The notes under the pieces were generated by a model. That model was given only the letters and a program-made list of their open reading frames with translations. It made no database searches and was not told the DNA's origin. From Trichoplax adhaerens (Eukaryota > Animalia > Placozoa): a DNA stretch of 64,000 bases. Numbering within the stretch: position 1 is the first letter of the stretch; every line of letters begins with the position of its first letter. Of this stretch, positions 47,801 to 60,722 are shown piece by piece. Both the position numbers and the translations under genes were made by a program. The stretch spans positions 6,401,648 through 6,465,647 of the forward strand of contig NW_002060947.1 in assembly GCF_000150275.1 (NCBI RefSeq), in the 5' to 3' direction.

Positions 47801-50800
47801 GGTTTTACCTTTTCATGACTGCTAACATAGTCTATCAATTTGTCAATAATATCAGTTGAAAGGAAATTAATTTATTCTTGGTGCCATTGTAAAAATGATT
47901 ATATAACGCCTTGTTGAACTTATACATAGGAAAAAGAGCTATTATAGCAAGAATTAAACTGATATTTTAAAGCAGTTATGGTAATCTTATCTTTACTATT
48001 GTTGGTAGTCCTTATGAATTATATTATAAAACAGTCATCATAAGTTCTAAATAGTTTCTTTATATCTTGTTTATCTTTCTAAAAAAATTTTTAATTTTTG
48101 GTATTATCCTATTAAATTGTCAATGCTAGCCCAATATCATGAGGGAAGAGGAGAATGAAAATTTCAATTAAGACGATCTTGATCTCATATCTTGTCCAAC
48201 GACATCTTTAATACTGTATACAGTAATTGCAATCTACTTTATCTATATCCGATATAGAAATGGCATAATTATTTAATGGTTTTAAAATTCCGTCTAACCC
48301 TTACTCTTGAAAAATGTTATAGCATCATCATCATTGAATGAATGAGTTCAGAATGAGAATTTACACAAATCTCGCAAGACTTGAAAAAATTCAACTTAAA
48401 ATGTTAGTAGGATAGAACTCAATCATCGTATTATGCTATTCAGGATAAATGATCGATGCTTGTCGATTTGATGAATACATTAATTTTAAAAACTATTAAA
48501 TAATCTTTCACCATTAAACCGATTTGTAGCTTAGTAGCCAAATAAGCAATGCTTGGAGTAAGTGAAATTAGGAAGCTCTAAACGATTCTAGCGTTTCAAA
48601 GCTGTTGAAAAACTCCTTCCATTTAACTGACTTCAAAAATAAATCGGCAAGCAAATAAAATATTTAGATGTATAACCTAATATAGTAGTCATGATATTCT
48701 TTCTGTATGGTCGAGTAATTTCCTCTAGAGCTAATAGAAAACGATTTGATCGCTTTATCGATAGCAACTGGTTAATTAATACCTATAATAAAAGCGATGA
48801 GATTTTATGTGTTTGCTTTACGTGGGTTGAATTGGCTGAAGCAAATGGCATATTTATAGATAAAAATGGAAGAAATTTCAATTTATTTACCAATATTGAT
48901 TGTGATTCCTACTTAATCTGTTGTTAAACCAAATAGAATGATGATTCTAATCGAGTTTAGGCTGACAACTTTTTTATAAGGATGACAACGCTTAGTCAAG
49001 TTTGCTGAGTTAGTTATTTCATAAAGTAAGCCAGTCCGACTTGTTTTTTTATAAAATAACTATCAACTTGATTATATATAAAGTAGCTAAGAACGTTTGT
49101 GAAATAATCTTTGAAAAGTTATTCCATAAATTAAACATTAACTTCTTAGTAACTTCATAACATTGGCACGGTTTTTTTATAAAATGATTGGTTAGCAGTT
49201 TGTAAAATTAGTAATGTTTTGATGACTTTATAACGTAGTTTGCTACTTTGTATAATTATGCCACTCGACCTAGCAAGCACCCTACAGGGAAAATTAAAAG
49301 TATTATTTTATGAAGACAAGATAGGAGCGACGACATCCTTCATCATCTTCTATAGAGATTGATTTCGATTGTGTCATTTCTTGATTTACTGGTACTGTAT
49401 TTCTAATTGTTGCTAACATAATTAGTATCTCATCTAAGAACTTAGGATAGATTATGCGTGTACACTGTATACTTCATCAATAGAGCATGGAAGATATAAA
49501 AATTCTATGGCTAAGCTGGTATTATGAATGTTCTCTCGCCATTGCTCATGTTGCTTGCACTATTACTTGATGTATCGAGAGGCTATTTTCTATTTATTGC
49601 TAGTTGACACTGTCTCTACGAATTGAAGATATGGTATACAGTATGCTAGTTTAAATAAAAATAAGAGATCAGTTCGATTGTTACTGTGGCGCCGTTCGTT
49701 TAACCTTCATAGTTAGTGTTGGCTCTGTAAGTTGAGATATTTTATGTGGTAGTTTAAATCAGAATCAGAGTTAAATTCTGTTGCAATATTGGCGTTGTTG
49801 ATAGCCTTTCATAATAACTCATAATGATTGCTCCTTTTCTTAATCTAATGTTAAATATATTTTCTAGCCCTTAATTGTTGGTGCTGCAGTACTGTATCCA
49901 TGAGCTTAGGAACAATTTTATAACAAGTTAAAATGGGAAAATAAGAGATAAATATTAATGATCGGCTACTATTATTTCCTAATATTAATGGTCATGGATA
50001 GCCTATGTCTTGTACTTCCTAATGTACAACCGAGGGAAGATAGAAAATTCTTTTCCGATCAGTATTATATTTACTGCATGAGATAGAATTTAATAAGATC
50101 GTTAGAATATTCTATCGAAATGGTAAACGTGACGATGACAACAACAATGGCGAAATAATTGAGGCTAATGTCCTTTCTTTCCTACGTTTAGTATAACGTT
50201 TTTGAACGCCAATCCATGAGAAATTTTATTGTTTTATGGGTAGAATCGCTTAGTAACAAATAAGCCAAGAAATAACGATGGATAAATCAACTTTTACGTC
50301 ATAAATTAAAAAGAAAATGCTCTCACGTAGGCTACCTCATTATAATAGCTCGTACGTAAAGGTTAAATATGGGTTCAAAATATGGGTGCGGCTGGTCCAA
50401 TTTTTAATTTCAAAATGAATTTGTCTAATTTTATATTAAATAAATGCAATACTATAATATCACTCCTGCTTTATCAACTATTTCTAATATGAAATTGTTG
50501 ATAAATCCGGAGAAAACATCATATATTTTTCTATGGAATCTTTATTTTACTTCAATGAAACATTTCAGCTTTACAATTCACCGCAATGCATGATTCCAGT
50601 ATCCTTGGTCTATTGATGGCAATGGGACACTAATTGCCTGACTAAGATATCTACTATGTCCATCGCTCTAAGACAACTGACAGTTGCTAAAGATTAATTG
50701 AATTGGTCAATTTATATTTCATTGATGTAAAATGCTCATGCTATCTTCTAAAAGATTTCACCATTAATTTAACGACTACACAAACTCTGAAAAGTACCGC

Positions 50801-53800
50801 AGGTTTTTAGTTTTTTGCTTATTAACAGTAGCTTATGGAAAAAAAACTTTCTACATAATTGAAATATGCTGCTCAGAAATGAAGTAAGAAATGTTTAACG
50901 AATATTATATGCTTATTATAAATTTAAAAATGGAGTGACGTTAGGTAGTATGCATTCTAAAATATAAATCTTGCAGTAAATTAGGATAGGATTGGTCTAA
51001 TGCATTCGTGTAATATTAATGCTCATTTTTCATTTTGTGAAGGAACGAAATAGGTTTCGGAGAGGTATTTCATCGATTTTTTGAGATATTTACAATAGAA
51101 AATGATTGCAATCAATCACTTTCGTCGATAAACTAGGCCAATTAGCTCTCTAATTAGCTAATTCATAAAGGTAGTAATAACATAATACTGAGAATTTTAT
51201 AGTAAAACTAATCTACTAACGCTTATCCTAAATTAGGATCGATTTTTATGATGTTGCCTCAAGAACTATGTAAGAGAAGAACCCCGATAAACAGCAAAGA
51301 AATATCAAAGTCGCTATTATGTTGCTATGACAAAACTATCATATCTAGCTTATAACGAAACAATTTTAAGTGGATAAGTTATCTTCGCAATGTCAAACTA
51401 ATCAAATGGAGAATTCAAGCCATTTAATCTAATTGATTTACTCCAACTTACCTTATCCATACTTGCGGCGTTTAATCGCATAATCGAAGCGTGAGCTAGA
51501 CGATCAAAGACTGTTCTCATTGCTTTCTTGGAATACATTTCTTGAGGTTTAAATAATTCCTCCATAAAACGCTTATTAAACATGGTACCAACAATATCGT
51601 GCATTACTATGGCCATCATGAAATAAGAATTAAAAACAGAAACATATTTAGCGGATGAGCTCTCTTGCATCAAAATGGTAATACACCAATTTTAATTCCC
51701 TACTTCAAACAGTAAAATGCAATTAACATGGCTAGCATGAAAGGCTAAAAAAATATAAACCTATTAGAACCCTGTAGGAGTAATTAAATATGCTATTAGC
51801 TCGTTAAATAGATATATGGGGATGTTAAGACATTGATATTATTTTCATGGATGTCGTCAATCAAAAATGAGGATCCTTCGTTCTTTGTTAATGTATTTCT
51901 TAGAATATATTTTGATGTATTACAAGGTGAAGAAATTAAACAATCCGCTTATTCCTAAATATACTCAGAGTCGATTTTACTACTAACGAAACCATCTTTG
52001 TTATATAAGAAAATAAAGTCTTTAATCATTCTAATTCAGACGATGTAACGACGGAAAATAAACTTTCCACGTATTATCCTTATGCTGAGTAATTCATATA
52101 GTAGTAGTGATAATATCGAGCCTGCTATAGTTTTAACCTAGTATTCGTTTAATCGAAATTAGGAGATCTACTGAGAATAGAATTCGTCATCAAATACGAT
52201 TTATCCATGCACAAAGAATAAAAATCATATCTTATGGTTGAATTTAGACAAAGTATTGATGATGGAATTCAATTTTCAATTTACTCTTAAACCGGATGAT
52301 TTGCACGCCGCTACGGCAATTACAATGTGCATGATATAAGTATATTAATCCCTTCATCATTCAGTTGAACTTAGGAACTGCACCAATGAAGAGCAAACAT
52401 TAAATCAGAACGCTTCATGCATTATGAATGAAATTCTAGCGTATAGTTGAATTAGATGATATATCGATGAAGGAATTCAATTTCAACCTACTTTTAAACG
52501 AGATAATTTATCCACCACTATAAAAATTATAATGTACGTTGTATAAGTATATCAATTTATCCATCATTAAATTAAATTTAGGAAGTACATATATGAAGGT
52601 TAAACATTAAATCGGAATTTCTCATGTGTTAAGAATAAAAATCGTAGCGTATTGTTGAATTAGATGATGCATCAATGAAGGAATCAAATTGTTAGTCTGC
52701 TCTTAATTAAATTATTAAACAAGATATTCTATCCGACAGAAGAGAAATCATAATATACATGGTATATGTATATTATTTCATTCATCGTTTATTTGAATTT
52801 GAGAGCTATACAGATGAAGAATTAAACGTTAAACTTCCGGTGTATTACAAATAAAAGTCATGGCATGTAGTTGAATTAGACGATGTATCGATGAAGGAAA
52901 TTTTCAGCCTACTCTCAATCAAGGTCATCTATCCGCTACTGGGGAAATTATAATATGCATGGTATACGTATATGAGCTCATTCATCATCTATTTGAATTT
53001 GAGATTTATAAAATGGAGAATGAAACGTTTAATCGGAATTCTCTATACACTAAGAGTAAAATTAATATCTTGTATTTAAATTAAGATCATATAAGAAAGA
53101 AGAAATTAAATTTTCAATCTAATTTTATAGATAATCTATCCAGTTCGAAGTGTATTGTAAATATTATGCATATATACCAGCTTATTCATCGACTAGCTAA
53201 AATCAGACTATAAACTCATAAGAATACGGGTTAGGAATCAATCCTTAAACAAACTTAACCTAGGTGTCAATGAAGAAATGATAATAAACCTCTGCATTTG
53301 TCGTCCAGCTGGGTTGGTACGGTACTGATCAAAATATTACCCTTTAATCTGTGCTTCAATAAGATAATCCTCCTATAACGAAAATTATATCGTGTTCGCT
53401 ATATATATCAGTATTAAGTATTAAATAGACGAAAAGTTGCAAAATATTTTGAACTGATATCGATCTCAAGCCTTGAACGACGTTGCTACATTACCGACTA
53501 AGACAATTAGAAAATATAAGCTGCAGTAGTCATAGGGGTAAACTATTTCGACCCATTTTATTCTTGGGAATTAAAAATGGCAACTCAAGAAGTGCGCAAT
53601 TTCTATATCCATTACCAATAGAGTACAGGAAGAATTGGATCGTTGATAAGATCTAATCCAACATAAATAATTCAGGAGGAGATTTTGCAAACATTGACGG
53701 CAAGTGGCCATGGAACACGACACGAAAAGTCAATCATTATTCAATCCATGTTTTTTTCTTATTCTAAAAGTATTATGTAAATCTACTGTACCTAAATTAA

Positions 53801-55952
53801 GGTATTACAACAGTCGATATTTTTATATAATGTCTCTCCCTTTCGCTCCCACCCCTTGGAGATAAATTACAATTTGACGTAATTTATTGGTAGAAGGCAC
53901 CAAAAGTAATAATTATTCTTGCTTTAATATTACAACTTTATGCAATGGCATAAACAGGTTCATGCTAATAGCAGAAAAAATCATCCTTTGATCAATCAGT
54001 CTAGAATAGTTATTAATCGATTTAAAAGGTTACGGATCCATTCCTATTTACAGTAATACGAGTATATATATATATATACATTTTCCATGTAAGGCATAAT
54101 CTCTTTGATTCTATATATATAACTTGGACTGTGTCCAAAGATCAACTTTATTAGGGTAATTGAGTTGAATAACGAAAGAAATTATCCCTGGATAAATCAT
54201 TTTCGATTAGTTATTGATTGGCATAGATAACCACAGGTATATTGCTATTTCTTACAACATCTTCTGTACTGCAATAAGATCGATAGTCATGTAGAACGGG
54301 AATCCAGTGGACATCAATTACTTTCCTGTATAACATGAAAGTTGCCAATAGAAATTTACGTCTAACACTTTGCTTCCTTAATTAATAAAATCGTGTTGTT
54401 TTTATTGGACGCTTTTAATTAGGATTCAATGATGGATAGAAAGGTCTCAGGTAAAATAAAGAACAATTACTAAAACATTTTTTGAAAAATGAAACGATTC
54501 ATGAATCGATTGGCCATGAAAGATTTGTCATCATGGACTATCCTGGAATAAGATCCAATCCTATCAAGGATCGCGCCATGAAAGAGGTTTCAAACTTTTG
54601 TAAATTATTTTCTATCCTGTACGATGTATTGCTGATCAATCAACAACTCTAGTTAATTTTAAAAGACAGCTCATCAATTAAGGTCAATAAGAGTCAGCCC
54701 CATGAATCCAGCAGGAATCAAAATAAAGAACATTCTATAATTAGTAGGTGTATACTATGATTTAAAGTAACTAACTATTTTTAAAATAAAGTGAGAATGG
54801 AGCTAGTATTTGCGTTTACGTTGAAGGAATTGCATTGAATGACAAAAACTATTAGCGCTTGACTGATTAACAAAATGTAACGAATTTTATTTTAATCACT
54901 TGGAGTGGCTCAATTGATAAGTATGAAACTTGAATGAAAAGAAGAACATATACCTGAATTGCATTTATCCATAGCCCTTACATTACCCTAACATACGCCA
55001 ACTACTGTAAAATCTTTTCTGCGTATCATAAATTCTACCGTGTTTTTATTATACTTTTACTGCTTATTGCCAATAGACACAATAAATTGGTCTTGAATTA
55101 AAGAAAACACTGTATGAGCCTTTTCGGGGTGGACGGATGTTCACGACCTGCCAACGAGCAGTTGCTAAACTGTTAAACTAGCCATCATGGGCGTTTTATT
55201 AGCGCCTTAATCAAGATTAATGTGGTCAGAAATAGTAAAATAGCCGATCAATGTCTGCAAGCATAGACTCATAGTTGAATGTATGCGAAAATTTTACTTT
55301 TTAAAAAGTATATTGAATGGAATAAAGGATTCATACCGTACTTATCGCTCAGTATCAATTGATATACAAATAAAGTAGAAATCGTAGTATAATTTGAAAT
55401 AGTAAAATCAATGAATCGTTTTCGAGAGTTTATTTCTGCAGTAGCACGCTAACGAATTATTCAATTTCCAAGTCGAAATAGATTCTATAGTTACATATGC
55501 TATTTCTGAGATTGTCTAAATGTGGGATCTGCTCAAGTTCTGATTTTATACATAGTTGGAAAGTTTAACGAGTTTTTCTGCAAATTCAGCATAGAATATT
55601 CATAAAATAATAAAAAATTAAGAAAAGAATTTGCAAATAAATGAAATTTCAGTCATTATACATCAGCTAGATGATGACAGAGTGTCGTCGTTTAAAATCG
55701 TAACTGTGAAAGAAATAATATCGATAAATGATAAAGGATGTGCTAACGGTGACAGCAGTTAAAATAGGAAATATTCACTCTCTCGTATAGCATCTTCTAC
55801 CGGTAATTGTAGATTATAGTTCAATTCTTTTCTACATTACCTTTCCTTGCTTTCTCTTGTGGTATCGATTGCGCACGTAAGCGTTGATCTAGAATGTACA
55901 CCATTTCACCGCCAAGGTTGATAAACAGTAGAGGTAAAGTTTTGAGAGACAT
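41820..55952 (-). CDS. OSCP1: OSCP1 (organic solute carrier partner 1 / NOR1), about 13 exons; intron 1 = 51607-55840, intron 2 = 44822-51451
   Basis: MSLKTLPLLFINLGGEMVYILDQRLRAQSI (exon 55952-55841), FKPQEMYS..MRTVFDRLAHASIMRLNAASMDK (51606-51452), LYDLMTMAFKYQ (44821-44786), VSIFLKDKVQNSNGRF, LGTN, PNPLAKEELNLLAHL and KGDDLLALMDSA*. Confidence 0.94.
45845..46085. repeat. Degenerate three-copy tandem repeat (~81-87 bp) in OSCP1 intron 2
   Basis: AAATA(A/G)TAGAGAAA(G/C)TATAA..TTATC at 45859, 45940 and 46027, each followed by GTTATC(C)TAGAA. Confidence 0.8.
46720..47760. repeat. Degenerate seven-copy tandem repeat, 145-147 bp period, in OSCP1 intron 2
   Basis: Anchor AGATTT(C)ATT..GAT(C)AAGGAAGATCAACTA at ~46799, 46946, 47092, 47237, 47384, 47530 and 47677. 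Confidence 0.85.
47805..50700 (-). pseudogene. Possible decayed multi-exon gene nested in OSCP1 intron 2, on the same strand
   Basis: Several AG...GT-bounded segments read as near-open frames broken by only one or two stops, e.g. 49845-49705 IKKRSNHYELL*KAINNANIATEFNSDSDLNYHIKISQLTEPTLTMK, 50686-50582 NCQLS*SDGHSRYLSQAISVPLPSIDQGYWNHAL, and ~47920-47809 SFLQWHQE*INFLSTDIIDKLIDYVSSHEK. No homology recognised. Confidence 0.25.
52150..53240. repeat. Degenerate five-copy tandem repeat, ~205-215 bp period, in OSCP1 intron 1
   Basis: GTTGAATTAGA.GAT..ATCGATGAAGGAA(TT)CAA anchor at ~52263, 52471, 52680, 52895 and 53100. Confidence 0.85.
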
Positions 55953-56086
55953 GGTGATAAAAAACAGGATAATAACGGTCTACAATCAGTAGATCGATAG
56001 GGCCTAATTGCAGGAAATATGAAAACGTGAATATAAAGTTAGTCTTTAAATGAGGATACAGTGAATGCTGTAATATAGCAGAAATA

Positions 56087-59000
56087 ATGACTAGCACTAG
56101 AAATAGTTTATCAAACAAATTAGTGCTCGACGAGTTCGAGGTAAACTAAGTCAATGGTTTAATTGATCTACTTGCGATAGCATTGAGAATGCTTCCATTA
56201 CAGTTTATGTCAATATATTACTTCAAGAAAGAATTGAAAATTTCAACTCGATTCTTGAACAAAATAAAAATCCATAACCCTTCGAATACTGGCCATACTA
56301 AAATTGATGGTATGATAGAAAGTGAGCTACCGTGATTAATTCTTATTTTTATCGCGTTGAAGCTTTAACTTGTATTTTACAAGAGATTTCAATAATCAAA
56401 CTTTACTTATACAAGACTTACCTAATGATTGAAAAAGTAATAGAATAATAATCTATGTTAAGTTGTAAGAGAAATGATGGATGAATGATATCCTTGTTTT
56501 ATTGGATTGGATAGTAATATTAATATCAATGGCTGGGTATCTTTTCTTTACTTGGATGACTTCTTAAAATAGTTTCAACTGCAAGGAACACCAATAATTT
56601 AAGCTTAATCATCAGGCAATATAAATATATTGGAGAATCTTTACTTATAATATCGATTCATCCGTCGTTTTAAAATATAAATATTCAAATTCGAGAACGC
56701 TTTAATATGATTAAGGAATATTATTAGGAGAAAAAAAAGTCAATTTACAATAAATTAACAATATTTACTTCGACTGCCTATCATATAGAGCTAATAAATT
56801 GTTTGAAAAGAACGCTTAATCAATATCTTAATTGATTCAAAACTATCTAAGAAGAAAATGTTCTTTCTAAATCAAGTAAATTATACATACATAGCTATCG
56901 ATCGAGTGCATTGATCTTTTATTTCTCTCCTTCTTTGGGCTGCTTTTCAGCTCAATCGTTCTAGCGTTGACGTATTGTTCATGGGTAAGAGAACAGGCCC
57001 TCAGACAAGCTATTTATACAACCAATTGAACCGATTGGATAGTGGATTTAATAGCAAGCGTTATGGTCTTTATTGCATAGAAATTACCTATTACTCTGGG
57101 ATGTATCTGTCAATGGATAGAAAATGGATAATTGCATACTCTATCTACAATCAAGCCAATAACGGCTACAATTGGGTATTAACTCATAATTGCCGATCTA
57201 TTGTCCGGTCCTGCGCAATCCTTCCACAATAGTTAGTTAGAAATACTGTCGGTAAATTCATGTTAGCATGAAATATTTCATGACTGCCCATAACTGACTA
57301 AGGCAGAGTCAATAGAAGAAGCCTATCATGACATAAATAAACTCGGCAGGTTTGCAAAGAATGGACTTGTAAAATAATATACGAAGACGAGCCATTTAAA
57401 CTTGCTTGATTCGTTGTCAATATCTCTTATACAAATAGAACTCATTAGTCTACGATGTTACTATAGCAACTGCAAGCAATGCCTGAGGATAGTGTTTTAG
57501 AATGGGCTGAGAAATTCGATTGCTCAATACATTATTCGGTCCTAGTCATAATTTTGATATAGACCTCGCTGTGGAACCCTATGACAATATATATTACTTT
57601 ATGTATCTTAAATGATTTTATTTGTATCTGCATAACTATAAATAGAAGGACTACGGATAGAGTAGTTGTATTGGTCATGTATTGCCTATTTGGACATCAG
57701 AGCCAATTCGTCCATTACTGGACGGCAGCGTACACGGCATATACATACTTAAAGGTTATGCTATAGAAATTCAACATCGAAGAAAGATACGTAAACAGAG
57801 ATAAAGCTTTGGGCTATGTCAGTTAATTGCTATTGAAATGCAGCATAACAGTAATTTTGTAATTAATTATTAGAGCAGAATCAGCCTCGATCCAATCCTG
57901 GTTTAAATGACGTCTTGCCCTGAGGATATCCATCTTAGCCAATGTTATGCCATGGAAATTCAGCATTGAAGTGAATATGCATCGACAGAGATAGTACTTC
58001 GAGCTGCGTTAGCTGATGTCCATCAAAGTGCTGCATAAAAATAATTATTAAAGCAGAATCAGCCTCGATCTAATCCTATTTTAAATGATGTTATGACCTG
58101 AGGATATTCATTAGCAGATTGAGCTGACTAGGGGCATTATGTGATAAAATATTTAAACATTGTTTTTAGCAATAGATCTCGCCATTAAACTGTTTTCGGA
58201 TATATCTTTCATTAGGATAAGCCAATTGCATGTATCGCCCGATAGAATATTTAGATTTACACGATATTTTTAGTAACAAATCATTTTATTAAATTGTTCT
58301 TCGGAATCATTTATTGGAATGAACTAATTGGATGTGTAACTCGACAAAATATCCAAATGATAGTTTATAGCCATAGATCTTGTGATTTAAGTGTTTATCA
58401 GATACAAATTTCTTAGTGTAGGCTGATTGGTTGTAGTACTTATTAAAATATTTAGATTTTGACGAAATTTTTAGTTACCGACCTTGTAGATGCGTCGCTC
58501 GATAAAATATGAAGATTTGACGATATTTTTTTGTAATAGTTCTTGTTATTAAGCTATTTATCAGATACAGGTTATAGAATGAACTACTAAGATGTAGCTC
58601 TGTATAAAAATTCAGATTTAGACGCCACTTTTAGTAATATATCTCTTTATAAAACTATTCATCAGATAAACTGTTTATTAGAATGAGCTAATTCGATGAA
58701 TTTATCTATGAAATATTCAGATTTAGATATTATTTTTAACATTGGGTCTTGTAATTAAGGCCATTTAAATATGTTAAAGAATGTTTCGTGTATACGTATT
58801 TCTATAGCTGCAATAATATAATTATAGCCAATAGAATTCAGGAAGAGTGTGCAGCAAGGCCATAGTTTGTGCATGTATTTAATAAAAACAAACAGGTCAA
58901 ATAATTGAGGGCGGTGTAAAAGAAAACATTTGAGCTACATCATAAAAATTTAGCATTGATTTTGATGTGTACAAACTGGTGTATTACTATATTAAATAGG

Positions 59001-60161
59001 TATCACTTGATGCCGATTTTAGATCTTTCAAACATAAAAAATTAATAATTTTAGTTTAGCTTGACTTTAATCCTCTTTAAGAAATTTGCTTTTACTGAAT
59101 AAATAGGTATACTAAATATAATACATCATTGCTGGCAATGATATAGAGTATTTCAAGTCAAAATAGAGGTAATGATAGCTACTTCATAAAGTTTAAGAGT
59201 ATTTACCTTAGGTTACAGTAGTATCGCCATCAATTGACCCGTGGTATTTTATAGAAATCTTATTTATGCTATTGCTTACTAAGCACTTTTTAAATTTGTT
59301 GATTAATCTCTTCATTAACGTGCACAGCGTCGTATATTGAATTGGTGTTAAGAAAAGTCATATTCAAATTTTTTACTTCGCCAGAATTCAATTGATTCAC
59401 AGAAGTTCGATACTAATATATAAGTCAATATACGATGACAAATTAACTATTTTAGTTCTATATAATTTAACTTAGTCAAAACCTATTTCATTTACTATAA
59501 AGTAATCATGTTTCTGTATGAACAACAGCAAACGTTTCTATCCTTGGAAAGGCTACTAGAAGTCAATAAACTGCACCATAGAATACTAGTGCTGACGGCA
59601 AGGACCATTGTACGTAAATGTTGATCTGTTATTCTGTTATATTCGATAAATTGACGATGAGTAAATTAGAGCAGTGCCAATTGTAATCGTACGAGCGTTT
59701 AATTCTATCATGTAACAGTATGAGCACCTTCTGAGTTGTTCGTTAGTCTAGGTTACAAGGCACGTAGATCAGTTACGGTACCGATATCTTGATTTAAGAA
59801 CCCAATGGATTCTAGTCTTAACAAAATTAGAGAAAGAAAGACAATATCCCAGATATTACTGGAAGTATAAGCATCTTGTTTCCTACTTTACAAACGGAAC
59901 TAATCAGTTGGTTCAACTTCATCTATTTTATGATATACGAGTATTTCCTAAGAAATATAGCATAATGGCATCAGGTTCCATGTCTAAATGAAATTGGTTG
60001 ACTTCAGCATATCATACCTAGAAATTTTTCTTTATTATTTAGATACATAAATCTTGAATAAAGCATATGATGAAATTTATAAAACTTTTAAAGCAGTAGT
60101 TTACAGTGAGCAATTGTCTCCGTATCAGGAAAAAGTCTTCATGCAAGCTATTACATGCTAA
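56087..60161 (+). CDS. Candidate unannotated 120-aa protein; exons 56087-56140, 56951-56984, 59503-59609, 59752-59864, 60107-60161
   Basis: Five GT-AG, phase-compatible exons total 363 nt: MTSTRNSLSNKLVLDEFELNRSSVDVLFMVIMFLYEQQQTFLSLERLLEVNKLHHRILVLTARTIVTRHVDQLRYRYLDLRTQWILVLTKLEKERQYPRYYWNEQLSPYQEKVFMQAITC*. There is a strong pyrimidine tract before 56951. No homology recognised. Confidence 0.45.
57867..58112. repeat. Two ~68-bp imperfect direct repeats 177 bp apart
   Basis: ATTATTA.AGCAGAATCAGCCTCGATC.AATCCT..TTTAAATGA.GT..TG.CCTGAGGATAT at 57867 and 58044. Confidence 0.85.
58130..58770. repeat. Degenerate ~100-bp tandem repeat, about 7 copies (one truncated)
   Basis: AAAATATT(T/C)AGATTT.GACGA..TTTTTAGTAA anchor at ~58148, 58245, 58349, 58448, 58506, 58608 and 58712. 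Confidence 0.75.
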
Positions 60162-60722
60162 GCCATATCGTAACACTGATTCTCTAAATCCTAAGCAACA
60201 CAGTGAGGATATAAAATTATGAGATGTTTACATTAATGTTTACGTATACAAATAATACTTTAAATAGCAAATTTTGATAATACAGTAAAATAAGCAAGCA
60301 CTAAGCATAGTACACTGATATTAACAATAATAGCGGCCAATTTTACGCTGTTCGCCATCACTGATCATTACCACGCATTTAAATATTTTTACCTAGAAGT
60401 TGGATACTTAAATTATTAAATTGGTAAGAATTTTAAGAGATGAGGAATACTTATTTTTCCTAATAGAAATTAAAATATAATGCTAAACTTCAATTTATGA
60501 TACGTAATACGTATATCACGAATAGAAGAATTAAGCGATAGTCACGTTTATGAGTCAGCAACAGTTCTGCCATAACCTTAACTTCAGTCAGTAATTAAGG
60601 AAAAACACTATACAAATATTAAGATGATAATATAAACATTTCCAGCATCATTTCTTTCTTATAGTTAGTTTCCAGATTCTTAACGCAACAGCTAAATGGT
60701 GGAAAAGTTACTAGTTGATAAT

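Noticed and set aside
47805-54240. Alternative genetic code (TAA/TAG read as Gln) suggested by single stops in exon-like segments
   Set aside because: Neighbouring conserved genes end in ordinary TAA/TAG, and a TGA also interrupts one segment. Mutational decay explains the stops.
59752-59790. RHVDQLR as a Gypsy integrase tail
   Set aside because: There is no upstream integrase/RT sequence or LTR. The segment is better explained as an exon of the candidate gene.
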